Shown here one piece after another: positions 37,038 to 46,759 of a stretch of 64,000 nt of DNA. The notes beneath the pieces were generated by a model, which did no database searches, was not told where the DNA came from, and was given only the letters and a program-made list of their open reading frames with translations. The translations under genes and the position numbers were made by a program. Positions within the stretch are counted from its first letter, which is position 1, and each line of letters starts with the position of its first letter. Source of the stretch: Verrucomicrobiia bacterium (GTDB lineage: Bacteria > Verrucomicrobiota > Verrucomicrobiia > Limisphaerales > UBA11358); assembly GCA_025451535.1 (NCBI GenBank), contig JANWKE010000082.1, positions 14,884-78,883 on the forward strand, in the 5' to 3' direction.

Positions 37038-37585
37038 CCTGGACACCACGGCTGGCATGCGAAAATGACATTCTCGTTTTGGAGGAATTGATTCCTCTGT
37101 CCGTCCGGATTTTGCAGGCCCCTTATTATTCGGCGGCTCAAATGGAAGCAGCCATTGGCCCTGTCTTTGGTGTTGACCGGCAATTGATTCGTGACGGAAC
37201 TTATTTCGTGGTTGAGCACGATGGCAAAATTGTGGGTTGCGGCGGTTGGAGCAGGCGCAAAACTTTATACGGCGGCGATCGTGGACGAGATGGTGAAGAT
37301 GAACAACTTGACCCGAAACGCGATCCGGCCCGTATCCGGGCGTTCTTCGTTCACCCGGCGTGGGCACGCCGCGGAATTGGGCGAAGCATTCTTGTTACCT
37401 GCGAACGCGCCGCAATTGAAGCGGGCTTCGAAAAAGCCGAACTAGTGGCAACGCTGGCCGGAGAACCGCTCTATGCTTCATTTGGCTACGCCGTCGCCGA
37501 ACGTTGTGAAGCTCCGATGACAGATGGTTTGAGTTTGCCGGTAGTACGAATGACAAAACATCTCAAAGTGGTGCCCCAACATTGA
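37034..37585 (+). CDS. GNAT-family N-acetyltransferase
   Basis: RAFFVHPAWARRGIGRSIL (acetyl-CoA-binding Q/RxxGxG/A). ATGA overlap with the ffh stop. Confidence 0.8.
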   Translation: MTWTPRLACENDILVLEELIPLSVRILQAPYYSAAQMEAAIGPVFGVDRQLIRDGTYFVVEHDGKIVGCGGWSRRKTLYGGDRGRDGEDEQLDPKRDPARIRAFFVHPAWARRGIGRSILVTCERAAIEAGFEKAELVATLAGEPLYASFGYAVAERCEAPMTDGLSLPVVRMTKHLKVVPQH

Positions 37586-38111
37586 TTTTGTGTTTCAGGC
37601 AATAGGCACTGTTATCGACGTACTTTTCCGCCCACCATTTCAAGCCGGTGCGTTCCTTGGGAGACAGTTTGCGGACGATTTTTGCCGGCGCGCCAAGGAC
37701 GAGGGAGCCGGGCGGGATTTTCATGCCCTGGGTCACCAGCGCCTTGGCGCCGATGATGGATTGCTTGCCGATGACCGCGCCGTCCAGAATCACGGCTCCC
37801 ATGCCCACGAGCACTTCGTCGCCGACGGTGCAGGCGTGGACAATCGCGCCGTGGCCGACGGTCACCCGGTTGCCGATGACACAGGCAAAATCATCCGCGA
37901 GATGGAGTACGGCGTTGTCCTGGATGTTCGAGTGGTGGCCGACGACGATGCGGTTGATGTCGCCGCGCAGCACCGCGCCATACCACACACTCGAATGCGC
38001 GCCGAGGGTCACGTCGCCCAGCACGACGGCGGTTTTGGCGAGATAAACGCCCTTGCCGAGTTTTGGTGTTTTACGCAGGAACGTGTTAAACTGTTTCACC
38101 GTATTTTTCAC
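37563..38111 (-). CDS. Gamma-carbonic-anhydrase-like / hexapeptide-repeat (LbH) protein
   Basis: VLGDVTLGAHSSVWYGAVLRGDINRIVVGHHSNIQDNAVLH...VTVGHGAIVH. Confidence 0.85.
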   Translation of the reverse strand: MKNTVKQFNTFLRKTPKLGKGVYLAKTAVVLGDVTLGAHSSVWYGAVLRGDINRIVVGHHSNIQDNAVLHLADDFACVIGNRVTVGHGAIVHACTVGDEVLVGMGAVILDGAVIGKQSIIGAKALVTQGMKIPPGSLVLGAPAKIVRKLSPKERTGLKWWAEKYVDNSAYCLKHKINVGAPL

Positions 38112-38165
38112 GCGGAGAATTTAATCGCGGCTGATACAGAAGTCGCGGATTTTTGCGATTGGGAA

Positions 38166-38238
38166 CGTAGCGGCTTTCGGCAGAAAGCTGGAAATTTCTC
38201 GTATCGGAAATGCGGCGCTCTCCCGAGACGCCGCTACG
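38166..38238. repeat. 73-bp miniature element with a perfect 9-bp inverted terminus (GTAGCGSC-terminus family)
   Basis: CGTAGCGGC (38166-38174) / GCCGCTACG (38230-38238). Inner GCGGCG...CGCCGC hairpin. Confidence 0.6.
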
Positions 38239-40216
38239 GTTGTGATTTTGGCAACAGCCGGGAAATAATGATGAGCAGCACCACAACCACGACGGCCAGA
38301 ATTCCCCAAAAGACGATACCGCCCTTTCCCGGCACTTCATATTCCTGCCAGGAAGGTTTCTTGAGTTGTTGCTCGGTGGCCAGCGGCGCGATTTTTTTAT
38401 CCGCGGCCAGCAATTGGCCCGCGACGAGGCTTAAATCGTAATGTGGTGATGACACGCGCGGGTTGCCGTAGTAGAGAAAAAGATCGTCATCCGCTTTCGC
38501 TTTGAGCAACACCCGCGTCACGGGATAAGCCACCGTGAAATTTTTCAGCTCAATCGGCGGATTATCTCCATTTTCGGTTTCGAGAAACAGCGTGTCGCTC
38601 TGCGGCGTGCTATCCAACGACAGGGCCAATTCCTTCGACTTGCGGTCCGGCGTTTGCGTCCATGACGCGTCGCCCAGCGGATGCTGGTATTTATCACCTC
38701 GCTCGTCGGCCAATTCCTCGTAAAGCGACAACGACCGTTCAAACAACGGGGTTGGCGAAGTGCACGTCAATCGCGTCAGCGGCAAATTGGCTTGCGGCAA
38801 TTTGATGATCCAGCGGCTCAACTTCGGATTTTTCGCGATATTCGTCACCGCAACCGTCAACGCCAGCGAACGGCTGATGGACGTGTGCTGGATGAGGTAA
38901 GGCACCTGGTTGCTGCCGCGCATTACGCGCAAATCACCCAAACCCGGTTGCGCGTGCGCCAGCACGTCGAGATCCAATTCGATTTGCTGTGCGCCGACGC
39001 CGGAAATTTCCACTGGTTTGCGGAATTTCCATTCTGCCGTGTCGAGCGCTGCGCCGGTCACTTCCAGGCCGGGCAGGACCTCGGGCGGATGATAATCCGG
39101 ATTGTCCGATGGCGGCGGGATTGGCATCGCCGCGACCGGCACGGATTTCAGATTCAGGTTCAGCGCGGCCAGATCGTAGCGTGGCGCGGCGCACCGGGAA
39201 TTGCCGGTGAGCAAGTGGAAGGTACCCGGCTGACGCGCCAGAAACACGAGATAGACCGGCCGCCGTTCCGCACGGACGGATTTGATGGACAACGGCGGGC
39301 TGTCGCCATTTTTGATGAACAAAATCAGCTCGCGCGAACGGACCCGGTTTTCCAGCGGCACGGACAGATTTTCAGACGCGGGTTGTTCTTCGATGGCGAC
39401 ACGGTAAATCACGCCCTGTCCAATCATCTGCTCGCGAATGGCGTCCTCGGAAATTTGCGGGACGGCGATGGAAACCTGGCGCGTGAAGAGCGGTTCAGTG
39501 GCTTCAATCTGCAAACCGGCAACATCCAGATTTGCCGCGCCAAGGTTCAACGCCAGCCGGGTCTCGCCGGGATTTTCATCGCGCTCAGTAATGGTCACCG
39601 GCAGGGCTTCCACCGGAGCCGATTCGCCGGTGGCGGCGTGGACGCGCGCTCCGGTGAAGGGGACCGGCTGCGAGCGCTGGTCGTCCACCGTCAGCCGCAG
39701 CCATTTGGCCGCCGCTGGCGGAAACGAAATTCTCAAATTCGCCGCGCCGTAGGACTGGCAGAAAATCGGTCGGCCCAGGGCGAACGTCCGCCAGCTCTTG
39801 CCGTCCCCCGAACCCTCAACGCGCACGGCTTTGATGAAATCGCCGGCGGGCGTTTCGAGGGTGACGGCATCGAGCGGTTGCGCCAATCCGGTTTCCAGCA
39901 GAATAACGGTGTTGTTGGCACTGAGCGAAACCTGGAATGATTTCGCGCTCCGGACAATTTTTGGCGCCGGCATCGGCTGTTCGATCAAATAGGGCACCTC
40001 GCTGCCCGCGTCGTCGTAGAGGCGCAAGTCTTCGAGCGCCGGACGCGCAGCATCGAGCGTTTCGACCGGCAGATTGATTCTCACGAGCCCGGTCGTAGAA
40101 ACATTGAACGTCTGCTCGTGCTGCCAGGCGGACGGCAGGGTGGCGGCAGCGGAAAAGGCCGTTAACAGCACGCATCCGCAAATCCCGTACGCCAGAAAAT
40201 TATCGAGTCGGTTCAT
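38234..40216 (-). CDS. Secreted protein with a C-terminal TM anchor, DUF3999-like (unknown function)
   Basis: Signal-like CGCVLLTAFSAAA. A long beta-rich ectodomain. C-terminal TM GIVFWGILAVVVVVLLIIISRLL. Overlaps the upstream gene by 17 nt. The family name comes from my memory of the DUF2339/DUF3999 pairing and is not verified. Confidence 0.55.
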   Translation of the reverse strand: MNRLDNFLAYGICGCVLLTAFSAAATLPSAWQHEQTFNVSTTGLVRINLPVETLDAARPALEDLRLYDDAGSEVPYLIEQPMPAPKIVRSAKSFQVSLSANNTVILLETGLAQPLDAVTLETPAGDFIKAVRVEGSGDGKSWRTFALGRPIFCQSYGAANLRISFPPAAAKWLRLTVDDQRSQPVPFTGARVHAATGESAPVEALPVTITERDENPGETRLALNLGAANLDVAGLQIEATEPLFTRQVSIAVPQISEDAIREQMIGQGVIYRVAIEEQPASENLSVPLENRVRSRELILFIKNGDSPPLSIKSVRAERRPVYLVFLARQPGTFHLLTGNSRCAAPRYDLAALNLNLKSVPVAAMPIPPPSDNPDYHPPEVLPGLEVTGAALDTAEWKFRKPVEISGVGAQQIELDLDVLAHAQPGLGDLRVMRGSNQVPYLIQHTSISRSLALTVAVTNIAKNPKLSRWIIKLPQANLPLTRLTCTSPTPLFERSLSLYEELADERGDKYQHPLGDASWTQTPDRKSKELALSLDSTPQSDTLFLETENGDNPPIELKNFTVAYPVTRVLLKAKADDDLFLYYGNPRVSSPHYDLSLVAGQLLAADKKIAPLATEQQLKKPSWQEYEVPGKGGIVFWGILAVVVVVLLIIISRLLPKSQP

Positions 40217-43200
40217 CTTTTGATTCCTTTTTCTTTGCGCCGGCGGCAAAAAATTTCTGGTACGCGAATGATGCCAGCATCGCGACAACGGCCACGCCAA
40301 CGAAGGCGCCGATGCGGTAAAGCTGGCCCAGCCGCGCCAGGTCATGGAAGAAAAGCTTCAGCAACGTGATGCACAACAAGCCCATGGCGGCGTAACGGGC
40401 AGCGGGAACCTTCTTGAGAATCCCGATGATGAGCAACACCAGCGCAAACAACGCCCAGGCGATGGAATAGGTCATATCCCGCGCGAAATCGCCGCTGAAC
40501 TGGAACGTAAGCGTCGAGCCGGGAGCGCTGAAATAATCCGCGATTTCGATGTTCAACAGGAGAAACGCCAGCACGGTGCCCAGTCCGGCGAGGGTGGGCG
40601 GGGTGTTGATGGCGGAAATTTGATTTCGCGGCGGCGCGAGCAGTTTTGCGCCGGCAAACAAAGCCGCGGTGACGATGCCGTAGGCGTACAGGTACCAGTT
40701 GAAAATGGGCGTCGCGGCTCGCGGATGATATTCGAGCACCGCGGGATTGAGCGCGAGCCGGACAAAGGCAATCGCGAGCAGTCCGATGCCGACCAGGCGC
40801 AGCCCCGGATGCGGCACGCGATGGAAGAGCCACAACAAGGCCGCGCCTTCCAGCGCCCAGCCAATGGTGATCCATTGACGGTCGAATTGGATGGGAAAAA
40901 TGAGCGTGATGAAAAAGAGCGCCACCCCACCAAACCAGGCCAATTGAGTCAGGCGGGCTTTGGTTTCGGCCGGGACGGTTTTAAGCACGATGACCAGGCT
41001 CAACAATCCGGGCAGGACAAACGCCGCGGGCAAAAGTCCCATGAATTGATTCGGATAAACAGCGGCAACGAAACGGTGAATGAGAAAAAATTGCAGGGGG
41101 CCGGCCATGGCAGCGGCGGCCCAGGGAACGACTTTATTTTCAAATGGCCGCAGGAATAAAAACGGGAACACCGCGAACAGGGCGAAGAAAATCAAATACC
41201 ACGCCAGCACGAGATTGAGTGGTTGGCTGGGATTTGCCGGATCGAAACGACTGAAATGCCAGGCACATTCGAGTGCCGCCACACACGCCAGACCGATGGC
41301 GGGCATCCAGTCGAAGGAAAATAATTTCGTCACGCCGAACAGCAGTACGACCAGCAACAACGCCAGGCCGAACACCGGCGAGGGATTGATCAAGGGCAGC
41401 CGCAAAGTGGCCATGATGAGCAGCAGAAACGGCAGCACGATGGAAAACGCGGGCAGAATGGCAGCCAGATCACCGGGCGCCGTGAGGTCGTCGCCAAATT
41501 TAATCCCGGCTTTCAAGGCGCCGGGGTTGAATTTCCTGACGAGCCAGATGCCCGCCACAACGAAAAAAACCACGAAAGCGCCCAGCAGGAAAAAGGAAGT
41601 CGGCAGACCGGTGAGGTCGGCGGGGATTTTGAATATGAGCGCGCCGGTGGCGGCGAGCGTCAGCAGCAGCACCGCGAGCACCGGCAGCAGCGTGGCAGTC
41701 AACACCGCGAGTCCGATGGCCAGCAAATCCACCAGTAATATGAACGGCCAGACAATGAACGAAACCTCGGCGAGTTTAAAAACGGGCACGAGCACCAGCG
41801 CCAGTGCGAGAATCGGGAAGAGGTGATTTGCCCAATTCTGCTGCGTAGCACCACGCCGGCGCTGGATCCACGCCGGCCAGGCCGAATGGAGGACCGCGAA
41901 GATGAAATAGAACACGAGGCCGGCGTTGAGCAATTCATTCGACAGGGATTTTGCGGTCCACAAGGCGAGCAATCCGAACACGGCAAAGCCGGAGACGGAC
42001 CGGGCGGGGCAAACTGTTTCATCGACCCACGCAACGGCAAGAGCGACCAGGTCAATCAGGAAAACGAAACCGAACATGAGCCACGGACGCTGTGCGAGAG
42101 GTGAAAAATCCAGAAACCACGCGGTGAACGCCAGCGCCACCGCGACCAGGCCGAGCGACGAACCGGAAAACCATTGATTGATTTGGCCGCGGCGTTTCGC
42201 CAGTCCGTTGGCCACGAGCCAGAGCGCGTTGAAGCCCAACAACACGGCGAGGGCGATGAAAATCCTGTCACCGGCGAAATATTGTCCGCTGACGAAAAAC
42301 TTTCCCGCCCAGCCGATTTGCATGAAGGCGGTCCCCAGTGCCGCCAGCGCCGCCAGAAAGTGCCAGCGACGAACCAGCGCAACGACCAGCAAGCCGACGT
42401 CGAGAATGGCAATGTAACCGAACAGACCCAGCGGATTGTCCTGACCGGTCGAAAGCAGAATCGGCGTGAGAAAACCGCCCAACATCCCGAGGATGGCGAC
42501 GACCAATGCGTCCAGCCGGACCGCCAACAGGAAGGCTGTTGCCGTGATGAGCGCCATCAGCAAAAAGGTCGGCAACGGGCCAAAAAATTCAAAATGGTAG
42601 ATCGAGCGGCAGGCGAAGGTGACGGCGTACAGAATGACGACGCCGGTCGCGCACAATGTTTGTGAGAGCGCGGTGAAGTTTTTCCGCGACATCACCACGC
42701 CGCCGACAAGCAGGCCGAGACCCACGAGGAACCCGATGGCCACACGCAGTTCCGGGGAAACGAGATTATTGTCGAACGAGTACTTGACGAAAAAGGCGAC
42801 GCCGAGGAACAGAGCGAATCCGCCGAGCCAGGCAAAACCCTTGACCCCCATGAACTGTTCCCAATTGATTTTCGGCACGGGCTGGCGCAGCGGTTCCGAG
42901 GTGCTGGAAAATGGCGGCAAAGGCCCGGAAAAAACCGGCTCGGGCATTGGCGGAATGGGCGGCGGTGCGACGGCTGGCGGAATTTCCGGTTGAACAATTG
43001 GTTGCGGAACGACCACCGGTTTTGGCGGTGTAAACGGAACCGGCGCGGCCGGCTTTGGTTGCGGCCCAGGCGTGGCTTCCGACGGCCTTGCCATTTCACG
43101 TTCACGGGATTGCCGCAGGCGGAACCATTCCAATTCAAGCGTGCCGATGCGCCGGGAAAGTTCGTCGATGTGATTTTTCGCGTTGATGGCCCGGACAATC

Positions 43201-43268
43201 AACCAGACGGCCAGAGCCAGCGGGATTCCAAGAACTACCAGGACAATGAGAGCAATGGTCGGTTCCAT
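40200..43268 (-). CDS. Very large polytopic membrane protein, DUF2339-like (unknown function)
   Basis: N-terminal TM, coiled coil (HIDELSRRIGTLELEWFRLRQ) and Pro-rich linker, then more than 25 hydrophobic segments. The start is uncertain. Confidence 0.6.
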   Translation of the reverse strand: MEPTIALIVLVVLGIPLALAVWLIVRAINAKNHIDELSRRIGTLELEWFRLRQSREREMARPSEATPGPQPKPAAPVPFTPPKPVVVPQPIVQPEIPPAVAPPPIPPMPEPVFSGPLPPFSSTSEPLRQPVPKINWEQFMGVKGFAWLGGFALFLGVAFFVKYSFDNNLVSPELRVAIGFLVGLGLLVGGVVMSRKNFTALSQTLCATGVVILYAVTFACRSIYHFEFFGPLPTFLLMALITATAFLLAVRLDALVVAILGMLGGFLTPILLSTGQDNPLGLFGYIAILDVGLLVVALVRRWHFLAALAALGTAFMQIGWAGKFFVSGQYFAGDRIFIALAVLLGFNALWLVANGLAKRRGQINQWFSGSSLGLVAVALAFTAWFLDFSPLAQRPWLMFGFVFLIDLVALAVAWVDETVCPARSVSGFAVFGLLALWTAKSLSNELLNAGLVFYFIFAVLHSAWPAWIQRRRGATQQNWANHLFPILALALVLVPVFKLAEVSFIVWPFILLVDLLAIGLAVLTATLLPVLAVLLLTLAATGALIFKIPADLTGLPTSFFLLGAFVVFFVVAGIWLVRKFNPGALKAGIKFGDDLTAPGDLAAILPAFSIVLPFLLLIMATLRLPLINPSPVFGLALLLVVLLFGVTKLFSFDWMPAIGLACVAALECAWHFSRFDPANPSQPLNLVLAWYLIFFALFAVFPFLFLRPFENKVVPWAAAAMAGPLQFFLIHRFVAAVYPNQFMGLLPAAFVLPGLLSLVIVLKTVPAETKARLTQLAWFGGVALFFITLIFPIQFDRQWITIGWALEGAALLWLFHRVPHPGLRLVGIGLLAIAFVRLALNPAVLEYHPRAATPIFNWYLYAYGIVTAALFAGAKLLAPPRNQISAINTPPTLAGLGTVLAFLLLNIEIADYFSAPGSTLTFQFSGDFARDMTYSIAWALFALVLLIIGILKKVPAARYAAMGLLCITLLKLFFHDLARLGQLYRIGAFVGVAVVAMLASFAYQKFFAAGAKKKESKDEPTR

Positions 43269-43500
43269 AAATTTTGCCTTTCGACTGCGGAACGACTTGG
43301 GTGCCGGCAATGTGCGCTTTGCTCCCAATCACTGGCAAGTCACAAATGCGCGCATCCAAGCCGGTTGGCGTTCATTTGTGGCAGGATAACGCTGTGGGCA
43401 ACCGGAGAGTGAATTGAAAAAAATGACGGAATAATAAAAAAATCGATGCGGCATTTTACATTTCATTCGCCGGGCAACGACGGTAAAATGCAGACGTTGT

Positions 43501-44430
43501 ATGACGAAACCTTTTTCGCAGCGTCCGACATTGCCCCCGCGGCGGCTGCCGCGCTCGTTCAAGGATTTAACGCCATCCAAGCACTTCAATCCGCGCACGT
43601 TTTTCCAGGAACTGGTCTGGAAGGCCCTGCTGACGCCGCGCACCGGTTATCATCGCCGCCCGGTTTTTCCCAAATTATCGCGTGGCCAGGTGGCCATCAC
43701 CTGGATCGGCCACGCGTCGTTTTTGATACAATTCACGGACCTGAACGTGCTGATTGACCCGAATTTTGCGAACTGGCTGTTTCTGCTCAAGCGCATCAAG
43801 CGTTCCGGTTTGAAAATCCGCGACCTGCCGCCGATTGACCTGGTGTTGCTGACCCACGCGCATTTCGATCATTTCCACAAGCCGACCCTGCGCCGGCTGC
43901 CGCACCCGAAAATCGGCCTCATGCCGTGGGGCGTTGGCGACCTGGCGTTTGACCTCGGCTTTTCCCGTGTCATTGAATTGGTTTGGTGGGAGAGTTTTTC
44001 GCACCGGGATTGGAGGGTCACGTTCACACCGAGCCGGCATTGGGGCGCACGCACGCTGGCCGATCATCATCGTGGTTACGGCGGGTTCGTGCTCGAGTAC
44101 CAGGGACGGAAAATCTATCACGCGGGTGACAGCGCGTACTTCGATGGGTTCAAACAAATCGGAGAAAAATTTTCGCCGGAGATCGCGTTGCTGCCCATTG
44201 GCGCCTATCACCCGGAATCATTCCGCCGCGTGCACATGGGTCCGGACGAGGCGGTGAAGGCGTTCAAGGACCTGCGGGCGCACTGGCTGGTGCCGATGCA
44301 CTACGGAACGTTCAAATTGTCATTCGAGGCCCTGGATGAGCCGCCACGCTGGCTGCGACAGATCGTCGAAAGGGAAGGACTCACGCCCCAGACCCGAATG
44401 CTGGAGGAAGGCGTGCCGGTGGTGTTTTAG
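43501..44430 (+). CDS. MBL-fold metallo-hydrolase
   Basis: ITWIGHASFLIQ, LLTHAHFDHF, YHAGDSAYF. Confidence 0.8.
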   Translation: MTKPFSQRPTLPPRRLPRSFKDLTPSKHFNPRTFFQELVWKALLTPRTGYHRRPVFPKLSRGQVAITWIGHASFLIQFTDLNVLIDPNFANWLFLLKRIKRSGLKIRDLPPIDLVLLTHAHFDHFHKPTLRRLPHPKIGLMPWGVGDLAFDLGFSRVIELVWWESFSHRDWRVTFTPSRHWGARTLADHHRGYGGFVLEYQGRKIYHAGDSAYFDGFKQIGEKFSPEIALLPIGAYHPESFRRVHMGPDEAVKAFKDLRAHWLVPMHYGTFKLSFEALDEPPRWLRQIVEREGLTPQTRMLEEGVPVVF

Positions 44431-44717
44431 ACTTCGGCGGCGGGCAACCGGTCGAATCTTTGCGCCAGGTCAAAATCCTTTTCCGTCAGGCCGCCCGCGT
44501 CATGTGTAGTAAGCGTGAGCGTGACTTTGTTCCAGCGGATGTCAATGTCCGGGTGGTGCCACGCCTGCTCGGCAATTGTGGCGACGGCGTTCACAAATCG
44601 AACGGCGGCGGGAAAATCCTTGAATTGAAACGTTCGCGAAATTGTCGCACCCGTTTTGGTCCAATCCGGCACGGCAACCCGCGCGGACTTGATTTCAGAG
44701 GCGTTGAGTTTTGACAT
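44427..44717 (-). CDS. phhB: 4a-hydroxytetrahydrobiopterin (pterin-4-alpha-carbinolamine) dehydratase
   Basis: FKDFPAAVRFVNAVATIAEQAWHHPDIDIRWNKVTLTLTTHDAGGLTEKD. Confidence 0.85.
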   Translation of the reverse strand: MSKLNASEIKSARVAVPDWTKTGATISRTFQFKDFPAAVRFVNAVATIAEQAWHHPDIDIRWNKVTLTLTTHDAGGLTEKDFDLAQRFDRLPAAEV

Positions 44718-44754
44718 CGTTCAGCATCGTTCGGGTTTTGCGATTTGGCAAATT

Positions 44755-45210
44755 TCAGAACCATTCCTTGCGCCCGTCCACGTAGACGCGCACAAATTCC
44801 TCGTCCGACTTGCACAAATAAAGGATGCCTTCGATGAGGCCGATGAGGTGCATGACGGGCCAAAGCACGAAACAGGAGAGCAGGGACACCAGCAGCATGA
44901 CCAGCCCCGCCCCGGTATAGCCCAGAATGAATTTGTGGATGCCGAGGCTGCCCAGCAAAATTCCGCAAACGCCCGCGGGGATTTTGTTGGACGCCCGCGC
45001 CGCGAAAACGGGCGGCGGCGCGATGGTCGGGGGGACCGTCTTCAATTCGGGCGCGAATTCTGGAATTGAACACAGCGGTTTCCAGTCGGGCGCGCCTTCG
45101 GTTTGAACCAGGGTTTGCGCGTTGACCCGGTTCTCGGCCATCCAGCGCCGGAGTTGTTCCGCGTTGACGGGGCCATAGGACTGGCTGTCGGTTCCAATAA
45201 TTTTATACAT
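44755..45210 (-). CDS. GYF_2-domain protein fused to a TM2-type membrane domain
   Basis: MYKIIGTDSQSYGPVNAEQLRRWMAENRVNAQTLVQTEGAPDWKPL; then GILLGSLGIHKFILGYTGAGLVMLL. Confidence 0.7.
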   Translation of the reverse strand: MYKIIGTDSQSYGPVNAEQLRRWMAENRVNAQTLVQTEGAPDWKPLCSIPEFAPELKTVPPTIAPPPVFAARASNKIPAGVCGILLGSLGIHKFILGYTGAGLVMLLVSLLSCFVLWPVMHLIGLIEGILYLCKSDEEFVRVYVDGRKEWF

Positions 45211-45234
45211 AACAGGCCTTTCCGATTTTGGGTG

Positions 45235-45654
45235 TTATTCCGTCAGTTTTGGCGGCACCGCCGGCGGATTCGCCAGCAGCGGTGGAACTGTTTGCGACGC
45301 GGGCGGTGCCTCCGACTTGGCCCGCAGCATCAGGCTGACGCTGGTTATCAACGCCCAGAACCAGCCCGCGACGAACAAAACCAAGCCAATTTCACCGAGC
45401 CGTTTATGCGGGTCGGGTTCAAATTCCCCGGTTGCCTGCCCATACGCATGAAGGTCCAACTGAAAGAGATACATGGTGATCATGATACAGCCGATCACGA
45501 ATACGAGCAGTTGTCCTATCCCAACCATCCACCGGCCGGCCATGAGCGAGCCCAAGCCCGGCGTGGCGAACTGGTTGACCAACGCGGCGTTCCGGGCGGC
45601 GGTACGGCTAAGCACCCGGCGGTTCGGCCGGGGAACAGACGGTTTCATAAGCAT
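45235..45654 (-). CDS. Small membrane protein, unknown function
   Basis: ATPGLGSLMAGRWMVGIGQLLVF and two further TM segments. Overlaps the upstream gene end. Confidence 0.5.
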   Translation of the reverse strand: MLMKPSVPRPNRRVLSRTAARNAALVNQFATPGLGSLMAGRWMVGIGQLLVFVIGCIMITMYLFQLDLHAYGQATGEFEPDPHKRLGEIGLVLFVAGWFWALITSVSLMLRAKSEAPPASQTVPPLLANPPAVPPKLTE

Positions 45655-46603
45655 ACATCAGCGCCCCCAAACCAATAGGCAAGGTAAACAAAATGCCCAC
45701 GCAACACAACAGCAGTCCACCGATATTGATCAGGCCCGCGAGCACCGCCACCCCAAGCACCGGCCACCAATGCTTGTTGACCCGCCTCCAACTCGCCTTC
45801 ATCGCGGACCAAAAGCCCATCCTTTTATCTATGATTAACGGCAACACGAACAACCAGCTGATCTGCAGATAAATCATCGGAACCAGGCAAATCAACAACA
45901 CCGGCAGGCACTTTAGAAAAATCCCTTCGAGGACCGGCAACAGGTTTTGAATTTCGGCACTGTCGGGCGTGGCATTATGGAGATGGCCAACCACGGGTAT
46001 GAGTTTCACGGCCAAAAAAATCACAAAGGGAATCAGGCAGAGCCCGGTCAACAAGGCGGGGACCAGATATCCCAGGAAAAGCTGTCCAAACGCCAGCCGG
46101 AAACCGGCAAACACATCGCCCACCGATGCCGGTTGGCCGCGGATGGCGTGAAGGAACATAAGGAAAACTCCGCCCATCAAGGGTCCGGCAATAACCAGGT
46201 TCACAATGGAGAACAACGGGCCGAGGAACGGAACCTGGGCACACACGCTAAAGGCCCCTTCAATCAGCAGGTAGATGAGCGTGCCCGCGAAGAGCAGCCC
46301 GGAATTATTTTTGAACAGTTCCCAGCCGCGGCTGATGCACCCGGCAATGTCCAGTTCATAATCACGCTCCAGCCACCCGGTGGGAGGTGCCATGGGCAAC
46401 GGCGGGCTCAAGGTGGCGGGCTTGTCAGCCAGCACATCAGCGAACTCAGGAAACAGTTGCAGTTGTTTCCATTCGATGTCGCCATATAATTGCACGAGCG
46501 ACTGAGAGTTCAACCGCCCATCGGCAATCCATTTGCGCAGTTCTTCCGCGGAAACCGGCCCATACTGTTTCAGGTCACCTCCTATCACTTTGTAGTTTGC
46601 CAT
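45608..46603 (-). CDS. GYF_2-domain protein fused to a DUF975-like polytopic membrane domain
   Basis: MANYKVIGGDLKQYGPVSAEELRKWIADGRLNSQSLVQ; then GWELFKNN...AGPLMGGVF... Confidence 0.7.
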   Translation of the reverse strand: MANYKVIGGDLKQYGPVSAEELRKWIADGRLNSQSLVQLYGDIEWKQLQLFPEFADVLADKPATLSPPLPMAPPTGWLERDYELDIAGCISRGWELFKNNSGLLFAGTLIYLLIEGAFSVCAQVPFLGPLFSIVNLVIAGPLMGGVFLMFLHAIRGQPASVGDVFAGFRLAFGQLFLGYLVPALLTGLCLIPFVIFLAVKLIPVVGHLHNATPDSAEIQNLLPVLEGIFLKCLPVLLICLVPMIYLQISWLFVLPLIIDKRMGFWSAMKASWRRVNKHWWPVLGVAVLAGLINIGGLLLCCVGILFTLPIGLGALMYAYETVCSPAEPPGA

Positions 46604-46670
46604 AATTGCGCTGATTTCCCTCGGGTTCTAGTCGGTTAAAGGCCTTTGCGCAAGCCCTCGTTTGCAGATA
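46604..46670 (-). promoter_or_regulatory. Conserved leader/promoter block, copy 1
   Basis: GGTTCTAGTCGGTT (46624-46637) and GCCTTTGCGCAAGC (46642-46655) recur at the same distance from the ATG at 47661-47692. Confidence 0.45.
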
Positions 46671-46759
46671 ATCCATCTCGAAAGAATATTTTTCCGGCAA
46701 TGCTTCGCCATCACCGGTGATGAAATACGCAGGCCCTCCGCTCCGTCCTTGAGTTCCGG

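Noticed and set aside
35703-37367. 554-aa minus-strand ORF
   Set aside because: It is antisense to ffh and the GNAT gene. It has a low-complexity H/R/G/L composition. ffh is unambiguous.
38681-39940. 419-aa plus-strand ORF
   Set aside because: It is antisense to the DUF3999-like gene. It has R/G/Q-rich low complexity.
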